Assembly: GCA_039922055.1 (NCBI GenBank)
Contig: JBDSAP010000065.1
Coordinates: 360-64,359, forward strand
Direction: 5' to 3'
Length of the DNA stretch: 64,000 nt
Source: Ferruginibacter sp.
GTDB lineage: Bacteria > Bacteroidota > Bacteroidia > Chitinophagales > Chitinophagaceae
Positions within the stretch are counted from its first letter, which is position 1. Each line of letters starts with the position of its first letter. Under the pieces are notes generated by a model. It worked only from the letters and a program-made list of their open reading frames with translations, ran no database searches and was not told where the DNA came from. This document shows positions 34,996 to 44,204 of this stretch, one piece after another. The position numbers and the translations under genes are program-made.

Positions 34996-35057
34996 GACAC
35001 GAATTAATACGGTGCTTTTTTTTAATTCGTGTAATTCGTGCATCTAATTCGTGCAAT
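34996..35057. repeat. second locus of the ATTCGTG-heptad family (small foldback plus three direct heptads)
   Basis: ACACGAATTA (34997-35006) is inverted relative to TAATTCGTGT (35022-35031). This is followed by AATTCGTGcatctAATTCGTGc. The locus lies about 200-260 nt upstream of the 34800 start. Confidence 0.8.
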
Positions 35058-35143
35058 CATAATATAAATAAAAAATCCGGTCATGCTTTCACACAACCGG
35101 AGTACTATCCAGGAAAAACCACCAAAAAAATCAGTTTAAATAT

Positions 35144-35932
35144 TTAGAGGAAAAAATGGCCGAGCAGTTTTAAAGGCTCCTCATAATTCTTTTGAAAGAA
35201 TACGACCTTTTCCTTCACTTTATTATCGCCTCTTTGTGTTTGAACAAATATGTCGTAGTAGTTGCCTTTACCCGCATTACCCGTTGCCGCAATATTATAG
35301 GAGGAACTATCTTTTAAAATGTTATAAGCAGAAATATTCCCTAATTGATCGACAGCCTTGTTCAGGAAAGACGCCCAATTATCTTTAGGTGTTGCCTTTA
35401 ATGCTTCTTCAGAAAGCAGGGCTATTGCAGCATCGTAATTACCGGTTTTTACAGCATCCATATATTTGCTTGCTACTTTTTCGCTTGCGGCTACTTCTTC
35501 CAGGTACTTGGCTTTTGAATGTTGCCAGGTGTACCTATATAGTTTCATGCCGCCATCTTTTTCCTTTATCAATACCACCGAATCCTGTGATTTGCCGTAT
35601 TGCCATTCCACATCATAAATAGTTATTACGGTTGTACCCACGCTGGTAGACGTCTGCACATTAAAACCGCTCGTTTTCTTGAATGATTTCAATTCGCCAA
35701 GTAAACCCGCATTTCTCTGGAATGCCTTTGTCCAATCTTCCTGCGTGTCTTTTGAAAACGCCTTGTTGCTGCAAAGAGCAAGAGCGGCGGCATAATCTTT
35801 TTTCTGAAGGTCATTATAAAATGCAGTTGCAGTTTTTTCTGCATTCGAATTCAATTCCTGTGCGCCGCAGGAAGTTAACAGGATACCGAGTAAGAAAGAA
35901 ATTCCAAATAACAGCGTTGATGTCTTTTTCAT
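35144..35932 (-). CDS. lipoprotein of unknown function with two internally repeated approximately 110-aa domains
   Basis: The likely start is M35 at 35932 (MKKTSTLLFGISFLLGILLTSCGAQE lipobox). Internal repeat AEKTATAFYNDLQKKDYAAALALCS...DWTKAF matches SEKVASKYMDAVKTGNYDAAIALLS...DNWASF. Confidence 0.6.
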   Translation of the reverse strand: MKKTSTLLFGISFLLGILLTSCGAQELNSNAEKTATAFYNDLQKKDYAAALALCSNKAFSKDTQEDWTKAFQRNAGLLGELKSFKKTSGFNVQTSTSVGTTVITIYDVEWQYGKSQDSVVLIKEKDGGMKLYRYTWQHSKAKYLEEVAASEKVASKYMDAVKTGNYDAAIALLSEEALKATPKDNWASFLNKAVDQLGNISAYNILKDSSSYNIAATGNAGKGNYYDIFVQTQRGDNKVKEKVVFFQKNYEEPLKLLGHFFL

Positions 35933-36302
35933 TTTTTGAGTTTTTAATTGTAGGTCAAAAGTACTCGTGATAAAAAAAGGTATAGCAGTAAAACTACCAG
36001 TGGCGGTTTTAGTTCCATATCCGGCGGAAAACAAATTAGATGTGGAAAACCTGACTGATGTTTATATAAATTCAGTCTATAAAACGCATACAACAATCCT
36101 TGTAATAGCCGCCTGACTTCAACTGGCAGCCGCCGGAAATAAATTTATTTCTGCCAGCTTTTGCTTTAAAGACGCCAGTAGTACGGTGGTCAAAAATCTC
36201 GTCGTCCGACAGGTTAGTTTTACACCGTTACTAAAAATAAAACAAGCACACATTCCATCTCCAACACACATTTCATTACTACATAAAAATAAAAAAAGCT
36301 CT

Positions 36303-37214
36303 ATGACACATCATGCTATTAATTTGAATGAACAAATTTGCTGGATCAAATCATTTGTTGACAAAGCGGATGCAACTGCATCTGACTGGGAACAGTACGA
36401 TATCATTTCAAAGAACATAGGAGAATGCTTTAGCAATCAAACGATTTCAACCGAAGAAAAGAGCAGGCTAAAAGAAGCTTATGGTTCTGCAATGACTTCG
36501 CAAACACTACAGGGCTTTGTACTTACAAAGCCGCATGGCTATGCCGGAGATTACGAGATCATTGATAAGTTTTATACAATGCATACTTCGCCTGATGAAC
36601 GCCTGGCAAAATGGGATGATTACCTGCATACGTTCCCAGCAGTAAAAGCAGTTAGGAACCGCAAGCATTATATTAAAAGCCTACTGCAACAAAAGCTGGC
36701 TGATAAAACAAACAACTCCACTTTTGAAATGCTGAATCTTGCCAGTGGACCGGCCAGGGATTTGTATGAATTCTTTAATGAGAACCCTGGGGCGAATTTT
36801 TCTGCCGAGTGTATTGATCTTGATGAGAACGCCATTAAATATGCGACCCGGCTTTTAAGTGAACATAGCAACAAAGTAAAATTTCATAATAAAAATATAC
36901 TGCGTTTCAAAAATGAAAAACAGTATGACCTGGTTTGGTCGGCCGGCCTGTTTGATTATTTTAATGATGAAATTTTTAAGCGTCTCATTACACGGTTTCT
37001 TAATAATGTAAAGCAGGGTGGAGAGCTGGTGGTAGGTAATTTCTGTTCTACTAACCCTGATATTAATTATATGGTATTGCTCGACTGGGTGCTTTATCAC
37101 CGCAATGAAGATGATCTTATTAAGCTGGTGATGGAGTGCAACGTACTAAGAGATCGTATAACGGTAGAAAAAGAAGAAGAGGGTGTTAATTTGTTCATTC
37201 GTATCAGGAAGTAA
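36303..37214 (+). CDS. class I SAM-dependent methyltransferase with N-terminal helical extension
   Basis: The first ATG is at 36303; the track start at 36186 is a GTG. SAM motif I is MLNLASGPARDL, and the post-I acidic residue is in CIDLDENA. DLVWSAGLFDYF is also present. Upstream lies KPHGYAGDYEIIDKFY. Confidence 0.75.
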   Translation: MTHHAINLNEQICWIKSFVDKADATASDWEQYDIISKNIGECFSNQTISTEEKSRLKEAYGSAMTSQTLQGFVLTKPHGYAGDYEIIDKFYTMHTSPDERLAKWDDYLHTFPAVKAVRNRKHYIKSLLQQKLADKTNNSTFEMLNLASGPARDLYEFFNENPGANFSAECIDLDENAIKYATRLLSEHSNKVKFHNKNILRFKNEKQYDLVWSAGLFDYFNDEIFKRLITRFLNNVKQGGELVVGNFCSTNPDINYMVLLDWVLYHRNEDDLIKLVMECNVLRDRITVEKEEEGVNLFIRIRK

Positions 37215-37278
37215 AATTGTAGTTATCGGAGTAAACCGACCAAATCAGTTTATTCATTAAATACTCATCGCATACGGT

Positions 37279-37297
37279 CCGGCCTCCACGAGGCCGG
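37279..37297 (+). other. GC-rich hairpin between methyltransferase and kinase genes (weak terminator/attenuator candidate)
   Basis: CCGGCCTC-cac-GAGGCCGG forms an 8-bp stem. The downstream sequence GCCATTTATAGTT is only weakly T-rich. Confidence 0.3.
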
Positions 37298-37381
37298 GCC
37301 ATTTATAGTTAAGGAACATTGGCCGTTATAACGTAGTTTGCCGTGCATGGTATTTTTTTTACTTTGCAGCAATATTATTAC

Positions 37382-40300
37382 ATGAGAGCATTGTATTTTT
37401 TTACTGCATTATTTTGTTGTCAATATTCCTATGGGCAATGGTTCAATAACGTTTCTACTTTTACTACTCAAAATGGGTTGAGCAATAATACCATTACCTG
37501 CCTGCAAAAAGATAGCGCCGGATTTCTGTGGATCGGCACCCACGAAGGCCTCAACCGTTATGATGGTACCGAATTCATTAATGTGTTAAGCAATGAAAAA
37601 AATAACCTGCCCTCAAACAATATCAATAAAATATGCTTTATAAATAAAAGACTTGTGGCGGTAGCTACAGAGGGAGGATTGTGCTTACTAAATACGGCGA
37701 CGCTCCAGGGCAAAAAGGTGGATATGCCTTTTAATCCGAATTTTCTTAATACAGCCTCCCGTATTGATGACATACTATACAAAAAAGCTTCGAAGGAATT
37801 GTGGGTTTGTAGCTGGCATGGCTTGTATGTTTTTAATGAAGAAGGAAAGCTATTAAAAAAGATAATGGCCCCGGAAGCGGATATGAACAAAGGCTTTTTT
37901 GCAAGGTCATTTTTGACGGATGCACGAAATGAAATTTATTTTTTTTCGCAGCAACAAAAAGGATTCTATTACCCGGATTTTGAAAAGAATGAACTGATAC
38001 CTGTTGAAAAAAAGATACCAGGCTTTAAATTAAATGAGTTGCTTAAAAATGATTACATACTAAGAAGCGCAACAAGGTTGGATCATGAATCTATTTGCAT
38101 TCTTTCAAAAAGTGAGAGTACTGACAACGAAGAATATTTGGCTTATTCAAATACAGTTACCGGTAGGAATTTCATTGATAAGCTCTCAATAAATTCTCCG
38201 TATGAAAAACGCTTTTTCAATGCGTTTCCGCTAAATGATTCTATCTTTTTGATAAATTCCTATTTTGGTGAACCTCTATTATACAATACAAATAGCCACC
38301 AATTTAAACCTGCGGCAGATCGCCCGCTTTGGTTTGCATCATGGCCGGACGGACTTGTTTCATTCCTCTACAAGGATGAAAATAATATATGGATTGCCAC
38401 ATCAAAAGGTCTGTTGCAATCGTCGATGAAAACAAATTTTTTTAAAACAAATACCGTTCTTACCGGTATTATAAAAAGCAATGAGGGCCTCGTCTCTTAT
38501 AATTATGGCATTTTCGAAAATGAGAAATTGATGGTTGCTTGTATGGGCGCTGGCTTGTTTGCGCTAGATACGATCCACAATACTGCCACGACCGTGTTTG
38601 ATAGAAATACACTCCCTGTTTACAGGAAAAAGACTGTTGCCACAAAGGTGATCGGAGCAGGCAAATCTCTTTGGTTGTTTTCGGTGTACGGACCCTTGCA
38701 GGTAAATACGGTTACAAAAAAAATTAGTCTTGTTGAAGGCATTGGCAAAGATTCGGCCTTTGATGATTTAGCGATTGATCCATTAAAGGATCGCAAAGGA
38801 AATATATGGACAACCTTACCAAATGGAATTGCTAAATATAATATTACTAACGGCACATTTACCAACTACAAAACAAAATACGAGGGTGGTGTATTTCCCT
38901 TGTTAAGAGCGGGCGCCAAAACAGAAGATGATATTGGAAATATTTGGATGGCCAGACAGGATACATTGGTAAAGTTTGATGTTACCACACAAAGTTTTTC
39001 CGTGGCCCTGGTCAAAAAAAACGGGAAGGTATTAAGACCTGTCACCAATATGGCCAGCGATGGCAGTGATGTGCTGTATATGAGTGTGGCCGGGGCTTTC
39101 GGTATATACAGTATTTCTACCGGTAACATTAAACTGTTTACGAAACAAACAGGAATAATTTCCGCGGCCATCAATAATATTGTAAGCGATGGTGAAGGCA
39201 ATGCGTGGATCGCTACCGAAGGCGGCCTGGTGTTCTATAACAAGCTAAAAATGAAATTTTCTTCTTTTACCAAAGCAGATGGCCTGGTGGACGATGAAGT
39301 GGTGAGTGTGAATTTTGCAGATGAAAAAAGGGAACGCTTGTTTATTGGCTTTGCAAAATCCTATTGTCTTTTTGATCCGAAAAATTTTCTGACGGAAAAA
39401 ACAGTTCCGCAAAATATTATCACGCAAATTGAGGTAGATGGACAACCGCTTGACCCTGGATTAAAGCAAGTATTACCATACGATCAAAACAGTATTTCCT
39501 TTACCTATACCGGTATCAATTACAACCAGGGACAGCAAAATAATTATGCATGCAGGCTGGAAGGGTTTGACCAGGATTGGAAATATCCCGGCACGGAAAG
39601 AAAAATAAATTATGTCAACCTTTCACCAGGGACATATACTTTTAAAGTGAAGGCAGCTAATCACCAGGGCGAATGGAACGAAGAACCCGCAACTTTTACC
39701 TTTGAGATACTGCCACCTTTTTGGCAACGCTTGTGGTTTCGTGCGCTTATTATAGGCGCTGTGGTGGTATGCAGTTACTATTTTTTACAAAGAAGGGAAG
39801 CCAGGATACAACAAGAGAACAATATAAAATTGCAAATGAGCGAACTACGAATGCAGGCACTAAGGGCACAGATGAATCCTCATTTTATTTTTAACAGTCT
39901 CAACAGTATTCAGAATTATATCCTTAGCAATAATACGATTGATGCTGCCGGTTATCTTTCAAAATTTGCAAAGCTTATGCGGCGAATACTTGACCAGTCG
40001 AACCATAATTTTTTACCGATCGCTGAAGTAATGGAAACGCTAAAAATGTATGTGGAGATTGAGGCATTCCGTTTCAATAATGAATTTACTTATACATTTG
40101 ATGTAGAGGAAGACGATGACCTTTTTGAGGCACGTATACCGCCAATGTTATTACAGCCATTTGCGGAAAACGCGATACTGCATGGATTGATGCCAAAGGC
40201 CGGCGACAAAAAATTATTGATCAGTTGCAAGCTTGTAAATGGAAGTGCAGAAATTATTATTGATGATAACGGAATAGGGCGAACGCAACATAATCCAAAG

Positions 40301-40474
40301 GCAGGGCATACTTCGCAGGGTGGAAAATTAACGGCTGGTATGCTCGAAAACTTACAACAATTACAGCACATAAAAGCTTCAATAGAAATAATAGACAAAA
40401 CGGAAAACGAGATGCCAGCGGGCACCACCGTGAAGTTATTATTGCCATTAAAACATCACCATGCAACCAATTAA
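37382..40474 (+). CDS. sensor histidine kinase: periplasmic two-component-regulator beta-propeller repeats + Y_Y_Y domain + TM + LytS/YehU-type kinase core
   Basis: ATG at 37382. Reg_prop-like repeats are present (GFLWIGTHEGLNRYDG, NIWIATSKGL, NAWIATEGGLVFYN). The Y_Y_Y region is ISFTYTGINYNQGQQNNYACRLEGFDQDWKY...TYTFKVKA. A TM segment is LWFRALIIGAVVVCSYYF. His_kinase motif NPHFIFNSLNSI, followed by an HATPase region. Confidence 0.88.
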   Translation: MRALYFFTALFCCQYSYGQWFNNVSTFTTQNGLSNNTITCLQKDSAGFLWIGTHEGLNRYDGTEFINVLSNEKNNLPSNNINKICFINKRLVAVATEGGLCLLNTATLQGKKVDMPFNPNFLNTASRIDDILYKKASKELWVCSWHGLYVFNEEGKLLKKIMAPEADMNKGFFARSFLTDARNEIYFFSQQQKGFYYPDFEKNELIPVEKKIPGFKLNELLKNDYILRSATRLDHESICILSKSESTDNEEYLAYSNTVTGRNFIDKLSINSPYEKRFFNAFPLNDSIFLINSYFGEPLLYNTNSHQFKPAADRPLWFASWPDGLVSFLYKDENNIWIATSKGLLQSSMKTNFFKTNTVLTGIIKSNEGLVSYNYGIFENEKLMVACMGAGLFALDTIHNTATTVFDRNTLPVYRKKTVATKVIGAGKSLWLFSVYGPLQVNTVTKKISLVEGIGKDSAFDDLAIDPLKDRKGNIWTTLPNGIAKYNITNGTFTNYKTKYEGGVFPLLRAGAKTEDDIGNIWMARQDTLVKFDVTTQSFSVALVKKNGKVLRPVTNMASDGSDVLYMSVAGAFGIYSISTGNIKLFTKQTGIISAAINNIVSDGEGNAWIATEGGLVFYNKLKMKFSSFTKADGLVDDEVVSVNFADEKRERLFIGFAKSYCLFDPKNFLTEKTVPQNIITQIEVDGQPLDPGLKQVLPYDQNSISFTYTGINYNQGQQNNYACRLEGFDQDWKYPGTERKINYVNLSPGTYTFKVKAANHQGEWNEEPATFTFEILPPFWQRLWFRALIIGAVVVCSYYFLQRREARIQQENNIKLQMSELRMQALRAQMNPHFIFNSLNSIQNYILSNNTIDAAGYLSKFAKLMRRILDQSNHNFLPIAEVMETLKMYVEIEAFRFNNEFTYTFDVEEDDDLFEARIPPMLLQPFAENAILHGLMPKAGDKKLLISCKLVNGSAEIIIDDNGIGRTQHNPKAGHTSQGGKLTAGMLENLQQLQHIKASIEIIDKTENEMPAGTTVKLLLPLKHHHATN

Positions 40475-41231
40475 AACAATCATCATTGACGATGAAGCAA
40501 ATGCCCGAAATGCCATAAAGAACATGGCGTTGCAATTAAATCTTCCCGTCGAAATTATCGGTGAGGCAGGCAATGCAGCAGAAGGATTAGAAAAGATCAA
40601 CCAGCTCCATCCTGAATTACTTTTTTTGGATATACAGATGCCGGGTAAGAGCGGTATCGAACTGATGCAGGAATTGAATAACGACCATATCCAGGTGATA
40701 TTTGTAACGGCTCACCAGGGCTTTGCCATTCAGGCTTTAAAACTGAGCGCTATCGATTATATTTTAAAACCAGTAGATCCTGCTGATTTAAAAGAAGCCG
40801 TAGAGAAGGCATTGAAACGAAAAAATAAACCTGCTACGGAGCAACTACAATTATTTCAACAAGCATTGCAGCACCTGCAACAACCTATGCAAAAGGCGCC
40901 GCAAAAGCTGGCGCTATCCACTGCTGAAGGCATTTTGTTTACCGAACTAAAAGACATCATCTGGATAGAATCATTGACTGGCTATTGTAAATTTTATCTA
41001 CAAGCTCAAAAGCCAATCGTGGTTAGCAAAAATTTAAAGGAGTATGAGGACCTGCTTGCACCGCATCATTTTTTTCGTACGCACCAGGGTTCTGTTGTAA
41101 ATCTTATTCATATTAAAAAATACGTACGGGGCGAGGGCGGCCAGGTATGGATGACGGATGGAAGTGAAATAGAAGTTGCCCGAAGGAGGAAGGAAGAGCT
41201 TTTAAATAAAATGGCGGAGATCAATATTTAA
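40461..41231 (+). CDS. LytR/AlgR-family response regulator (receiver + LytTR DNA-binding domain)
   Basis: It overlaps the kinase stop by 14 nt. The receiver domain has IIDDE...LLFLDIQMPG...VIFVTAH. The C-terminal LytTR domain has IIWIESLTGYCKFYL...FFRTHQGSVVNLIHI. Confidence 0.9.
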   Translation: MQPIKTIIIDDEANARNAIKNMALQLNLPVEIIGEAGNAAEGLEKINQLHPELLFLDIQMPGKSGIELMQELNNDHIQVIFVTAHQGFAIQALKLSAIDYILKPVDPADLKEAVEKALKRKNKPATEQLQLFQQALQHLQQPMQKAPQKLALSTAEGILFTELKDIIWIESLTGYCKFYLQAQKPIVVSKNLKEYEDLLAPHHFFRTHQGSVVNLIHIKKYVRGEGGQVWMTDGSEIEVARRRKEELLNKMAEINI

Positions 41232-41431
41232 AGATCACTTATAAATATACCTGGGTCAAACATTAGGTTTGTCACCGTATTAATTACGCAGTGTTGATGG
41301 TACACTTTCGGTTATTTATTCTTGCTGCATGCAAAGGCACTGCCAGATCATTGTCTTTTGTTCACGAAAATGCGATGCTTAATCGGAGGTATGTAATAAG
41401 CACGGGTTTACCGGTGTTCACTTCGTTTTCC

Positions 41432-41923
41432 TTATTCCTTCCCAAATTCCTGCACCCAATATGTATGCAATACAGCAGCACCCATTACTGTATGCATGGA
41501 ATCCATCATTGCCTTGCAATGGCTTTCACTATTTTGCCATGCATTCATAACAGCATCAACAGAAGTGTAGTTTTTGCCAATGTTTTCCATAATGTAAGTA
41601 CCGGTATAACCTGCTGCTTCTGCTCTTTGAATGGGGATGGTTCCGGTGGGTGAAATGTGATCGAAATAATTTTTGCTGTACATATCCATTGCATGAGTTT
41701 GTGCAGCCAGTTCCAAATGTTTATTCCATTGTAGTTGCGCTACGGGAGGCATAAAGGTTGAGCCGCACATGCATCCCGTGTTTCTTAGTTGATTTACTTT
41801 TTGCAGCATGCTGACGGATAAATCTTCTATGGGCGGTTCTGGCTGTGGCTCTTTCTTACAAGAAAAAAATAGTAAGCCACTAATAACAATGAAAAGTATG
41901 TAAATGCGGTTCGTTTTCTGCAT
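41432..41923 (-). CDS. CAP (SCP/PR-1-like) domain lipoprotein
   Basis: Lipobox LLFFSCKKE. CAP motifs YFDHISPTG, YTGTYIMENIG and AWQNSESHCKAMM are present. Confidence 0.8.
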   Translation of the reverse strand: MQKTNRIYILFIVISGLLFFSCKKEPQPEPPIEDLSVSMLQKVNQLRNTGCMCGSTFMPPVAQLQWNKHLELAAQTHAMDMYSKNYFDHISPTGTIPIQRAEAAGYTGTYIMENIGKNYTSVDAVMNAWQNSESHCKAMMDSMHTVMGAAVLHTYWVQEFGKE

Positions 41924-42008
41924 TGCTTTTTAAACAAGGTTTCTAAAGGTATGTTATAAAATTTTGTATGCATATCCCTGGTTAATACAATGGAGTTTCC
42001 TTTACACA

Positions 42009-42040
42009 CCAAAAATAAAGCCCGGCTTTCGCCAGGCTTT
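42009..42040 (-). terminator. intrinsic terminator after GH12 gene
   Basis: AAAGCCCGGC-tttc-GCCAGGCTTT forms a stem with one mismatch. On the minus strand it is followed by CTTTATTTTTGG. It lies 18 nt past the stop at 42058. Confidence 0.55.
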
Positions 42041-42057
42041 AAAAATCTGAAATCAGC

Positions 42058-42807
42058 TTAGTTAAAGGAAACTGAGTAACTGTTGCAATTAAAATTCGCT
42101 CCGCCATTTGTATTGGTAATTTCATATCCATATTGTACCGCCCCCAGGGTGATGTTGCCATACCATCCTCTCGCTTGTATCCATCTTTGAATGGCAAGAA
42201 TATCAACGGTGCCGCTGTTTGTTTTGCTTGTTCTCAAAAAGGAGTAAACATTATTGCCGCCATTATGCCCCCTGAACACGTTCCAGGTATGCCCGCCTAC
42301 ATTAACGTTCCAATACACCGGAACAGGATTTCCCTGTGCGTTCCAGTTGTAGGAAATCGGTTTGATATTACCGCTGCCATCCGAATTACTGGTGTAGTTC
42401 ATCCACAACATGGTTTCATGCTGATTGCTGTTGTCCCAGATGTCGTAAGCAGAAGACCATGCGCCACCATTGGGAGTTGACGAATTAAAACTGGATCTAC
42501 AACTGCCAAGACTGCTTAATGATCTTCCTACATACCGGGTGGAGTTGGGGTAGGATTTAATTCCGCCACCGCTATGACTGCACCATACACCCCAGTTCGA
42601 AAAGGAGTTTGCCCAAATGGATTGAGGGCCTGCGTTGCCGCCCCATACGTTGTTATAAACTGTGTAGCCACCATTGTTCCAACTGGCAAATTTATCATTC
42701 GAGCTCCACACCGCTTTAACCTCGGCCACGGAGTTCTCTTTGATACTGTCTTTTTTACAGGAAAATAAGGCGATTGCAATCGTTGCAATCATGATTGATT
42801 TTTTCAT
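42058..42807 (-). CDS. GH12-family endo-beta-1,4-glucanase/xyloglucanase-like lipoprotein
   Basis: Lipobox IALFSCKKD. GH12 landmarks in order are YTVYNNVWG, SAYDIWDN, HETMLWMNY (nucleophile Glu region) and QYGYEIT (acid/base Glu region). Confidence 0.85.
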   Translation of the reverse strand: MKKSIMIATIAIALFSCKKDSIKENSVAEVKAVWSSNDKFASWNNGGYTVYNNVWGGNAGPQSIWANSFSNWGVWCSHSGGGIKSYPNSTRYVGRSLSSLGSCRSSFNSSTPNGGAWSSAYDIWDNSNQHETMLWMNYTSNSDGSGNIKPISYNWNAQGNPVPVYWNVNVGGHTWNVFRGHNGGNNVYSFLRTSKTNSGTVDILAIQRWIQARGWYGNITLGAVQYGYEITNTNGGANFNCNSYSVSFN

Positions 42808-42869
42808 GAAAGTGATTTTTAGGTGTAAAAAAAATTAATAACCAAACCTAAAACCTAATTCCGTTTTTC

Positions 42870-43093
42870 AGGGTACTCATTTGATTACAAATAGGAGTGA
42901 TTTTGTTAACCAAGGCCGGCATTTTCCTTTTTTTTTGAATGCCCAATTCATCAGTAAAAATTTGCAAGTAGGCCGCTTTCGTATCAGGGTACTCATTTGA
43001 TTACAAATAGGTGTGACTTTGTTAACCAAGGCCGGTATTTTCATTTTTTTTAGCCCCCAACTCATCAGTAAAAATTTGCAAGTAGGCCGCATT
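42870..43093. repeat. tandem duplication, 115 bp x2, upstream of GH12 gene
   Basis: CAGGGTACTCATTTGATTACAAATAGGWGTGAYTTTGTTAACCAAGGCCGG...CATCAGTAAAAATTTGCAAGTAGGCCGC starts at 42870 and again at 42985. Confidence 0.88.
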
Positions 43094-43500
43094 TGTAAAA
43101 TTACGATAGGATGCTCCGCCTTTGTTGGCAGGTAGTCCATCCTCAAGTTTCCGAGCCGTTGGTATGTGGCAATGGTAAATGAGTATAAGCTGCCAACAAC
43201 AGCGTAGCGTAGACGCAGGGGAGCAGAGAACATAGAGCCGGGCTTCTTGTGCTAATTGCTTACTTCGTTGCCTTCACAAGATTTTAATCAAGATGTCGAA
43301 ACCAAATAATTATTAGCATCAATAAAACAGACGGCACAGGAGGCAGCCGCACATTGGCATCTCCTCATTCCTGCGCCTGGCTTATAAGAGTAATACTAAT
43401 CATCGGGTAAACAACCGAATTGGCTGAGCAGTGTCGTTGGTACACCTGTGCACATTTATCTTTGCTGGATACCAATCAGTGGACCCAAAAAGTTCGCACT

Positions 43501-43857
43501 TTAAAATACCCGGTTGGGGACTATTATTGACATAAACAAAATTATAATCATGAATATAACAGACAAACTACCTAACATTGAGCCTGTAGTTAAATACCAT
43601 TTGCTTCCACGAGTTTTTTCAAGCATTTTGCAGCAAATAATATTGACTGCTCCAATAAAAATTGTAATGACGATAATACCTATCCTCCATTTTTGAATAG
43701 CAGCAAATGCCTGAAAGGATTCTACCGACGTTTCTTTTGTAAGATTAAAATTGAATCCAGCTAAAAAAAATAAGAAGCGATCTCTAAAAAATAAAACAAT
43801 TGTTAGCAAAAATATATTTGTAACGATGACAAAAAACAAAATTGCAGGAGATTTCAT
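43501..43857 (-). CDS. small integral membrane protein, unknown function
   Basis: 118 aa with 3-4 hydrophobic helices (ILFFVIVTNIFLLTIVLFF, IGIIVITIFIGAVNIICC, LSVIFMIIILFMSIIV). No recognisable motif. Confidence 0.45.
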   Translation of the reverse strand: MKSPAILFFVIVTNIFLLTIVLFFRDRFLFFLAGFNFNLTKETSVESFQAFAAIQKWRIGIIVITIFIGAVNIICCKMLEKTRGSKWYLTTGSMLGSLSVIFMIIILFMSIIVPNRVF

Positions 43858-44204
43858 TTTTCAAAATATTTATTGATACGTATCACCTGGATAAAACAAT
43901 TGATTGGCATTCATTACTCCATAAGCGCAAGGGTGTAAGGTGGAATAAGTGCGTAAGAAATGCTTGTGGTCTGCAAGCGTTACAAATTAAAAAATTTTGA
44001 ACCATCAGTTTTGGCAAGTGGTGGTTTAATTAATAAATATTGAATGCCCACCAATTAGGCCGCTACTGGATGATATGAGGTATGCTATTATGATCAATTG
44101 GTGTCTTGCTTAATCAGGGAACAAATGCACAAGAGTGCGACGCCACTGAAGCTGACCTGGGTACTACCGCCGGGTACAAAATTGTATTTACTCTTCTTGT
44201 CTTT

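Noticed and set aside
41291-41653. 120-aa plus-strand ORF
   Set aside because: It is largely antisense to the well-supported CAP-domain gene, starts with an alternative codon, and has no motifs.
42877-43233. 118-aa minus-strand ORF upstream of GH12
   Set aside because: It reads through both copies of the 115-bp tandem duplication. It has no signal or domain features and is most likely non-coding.
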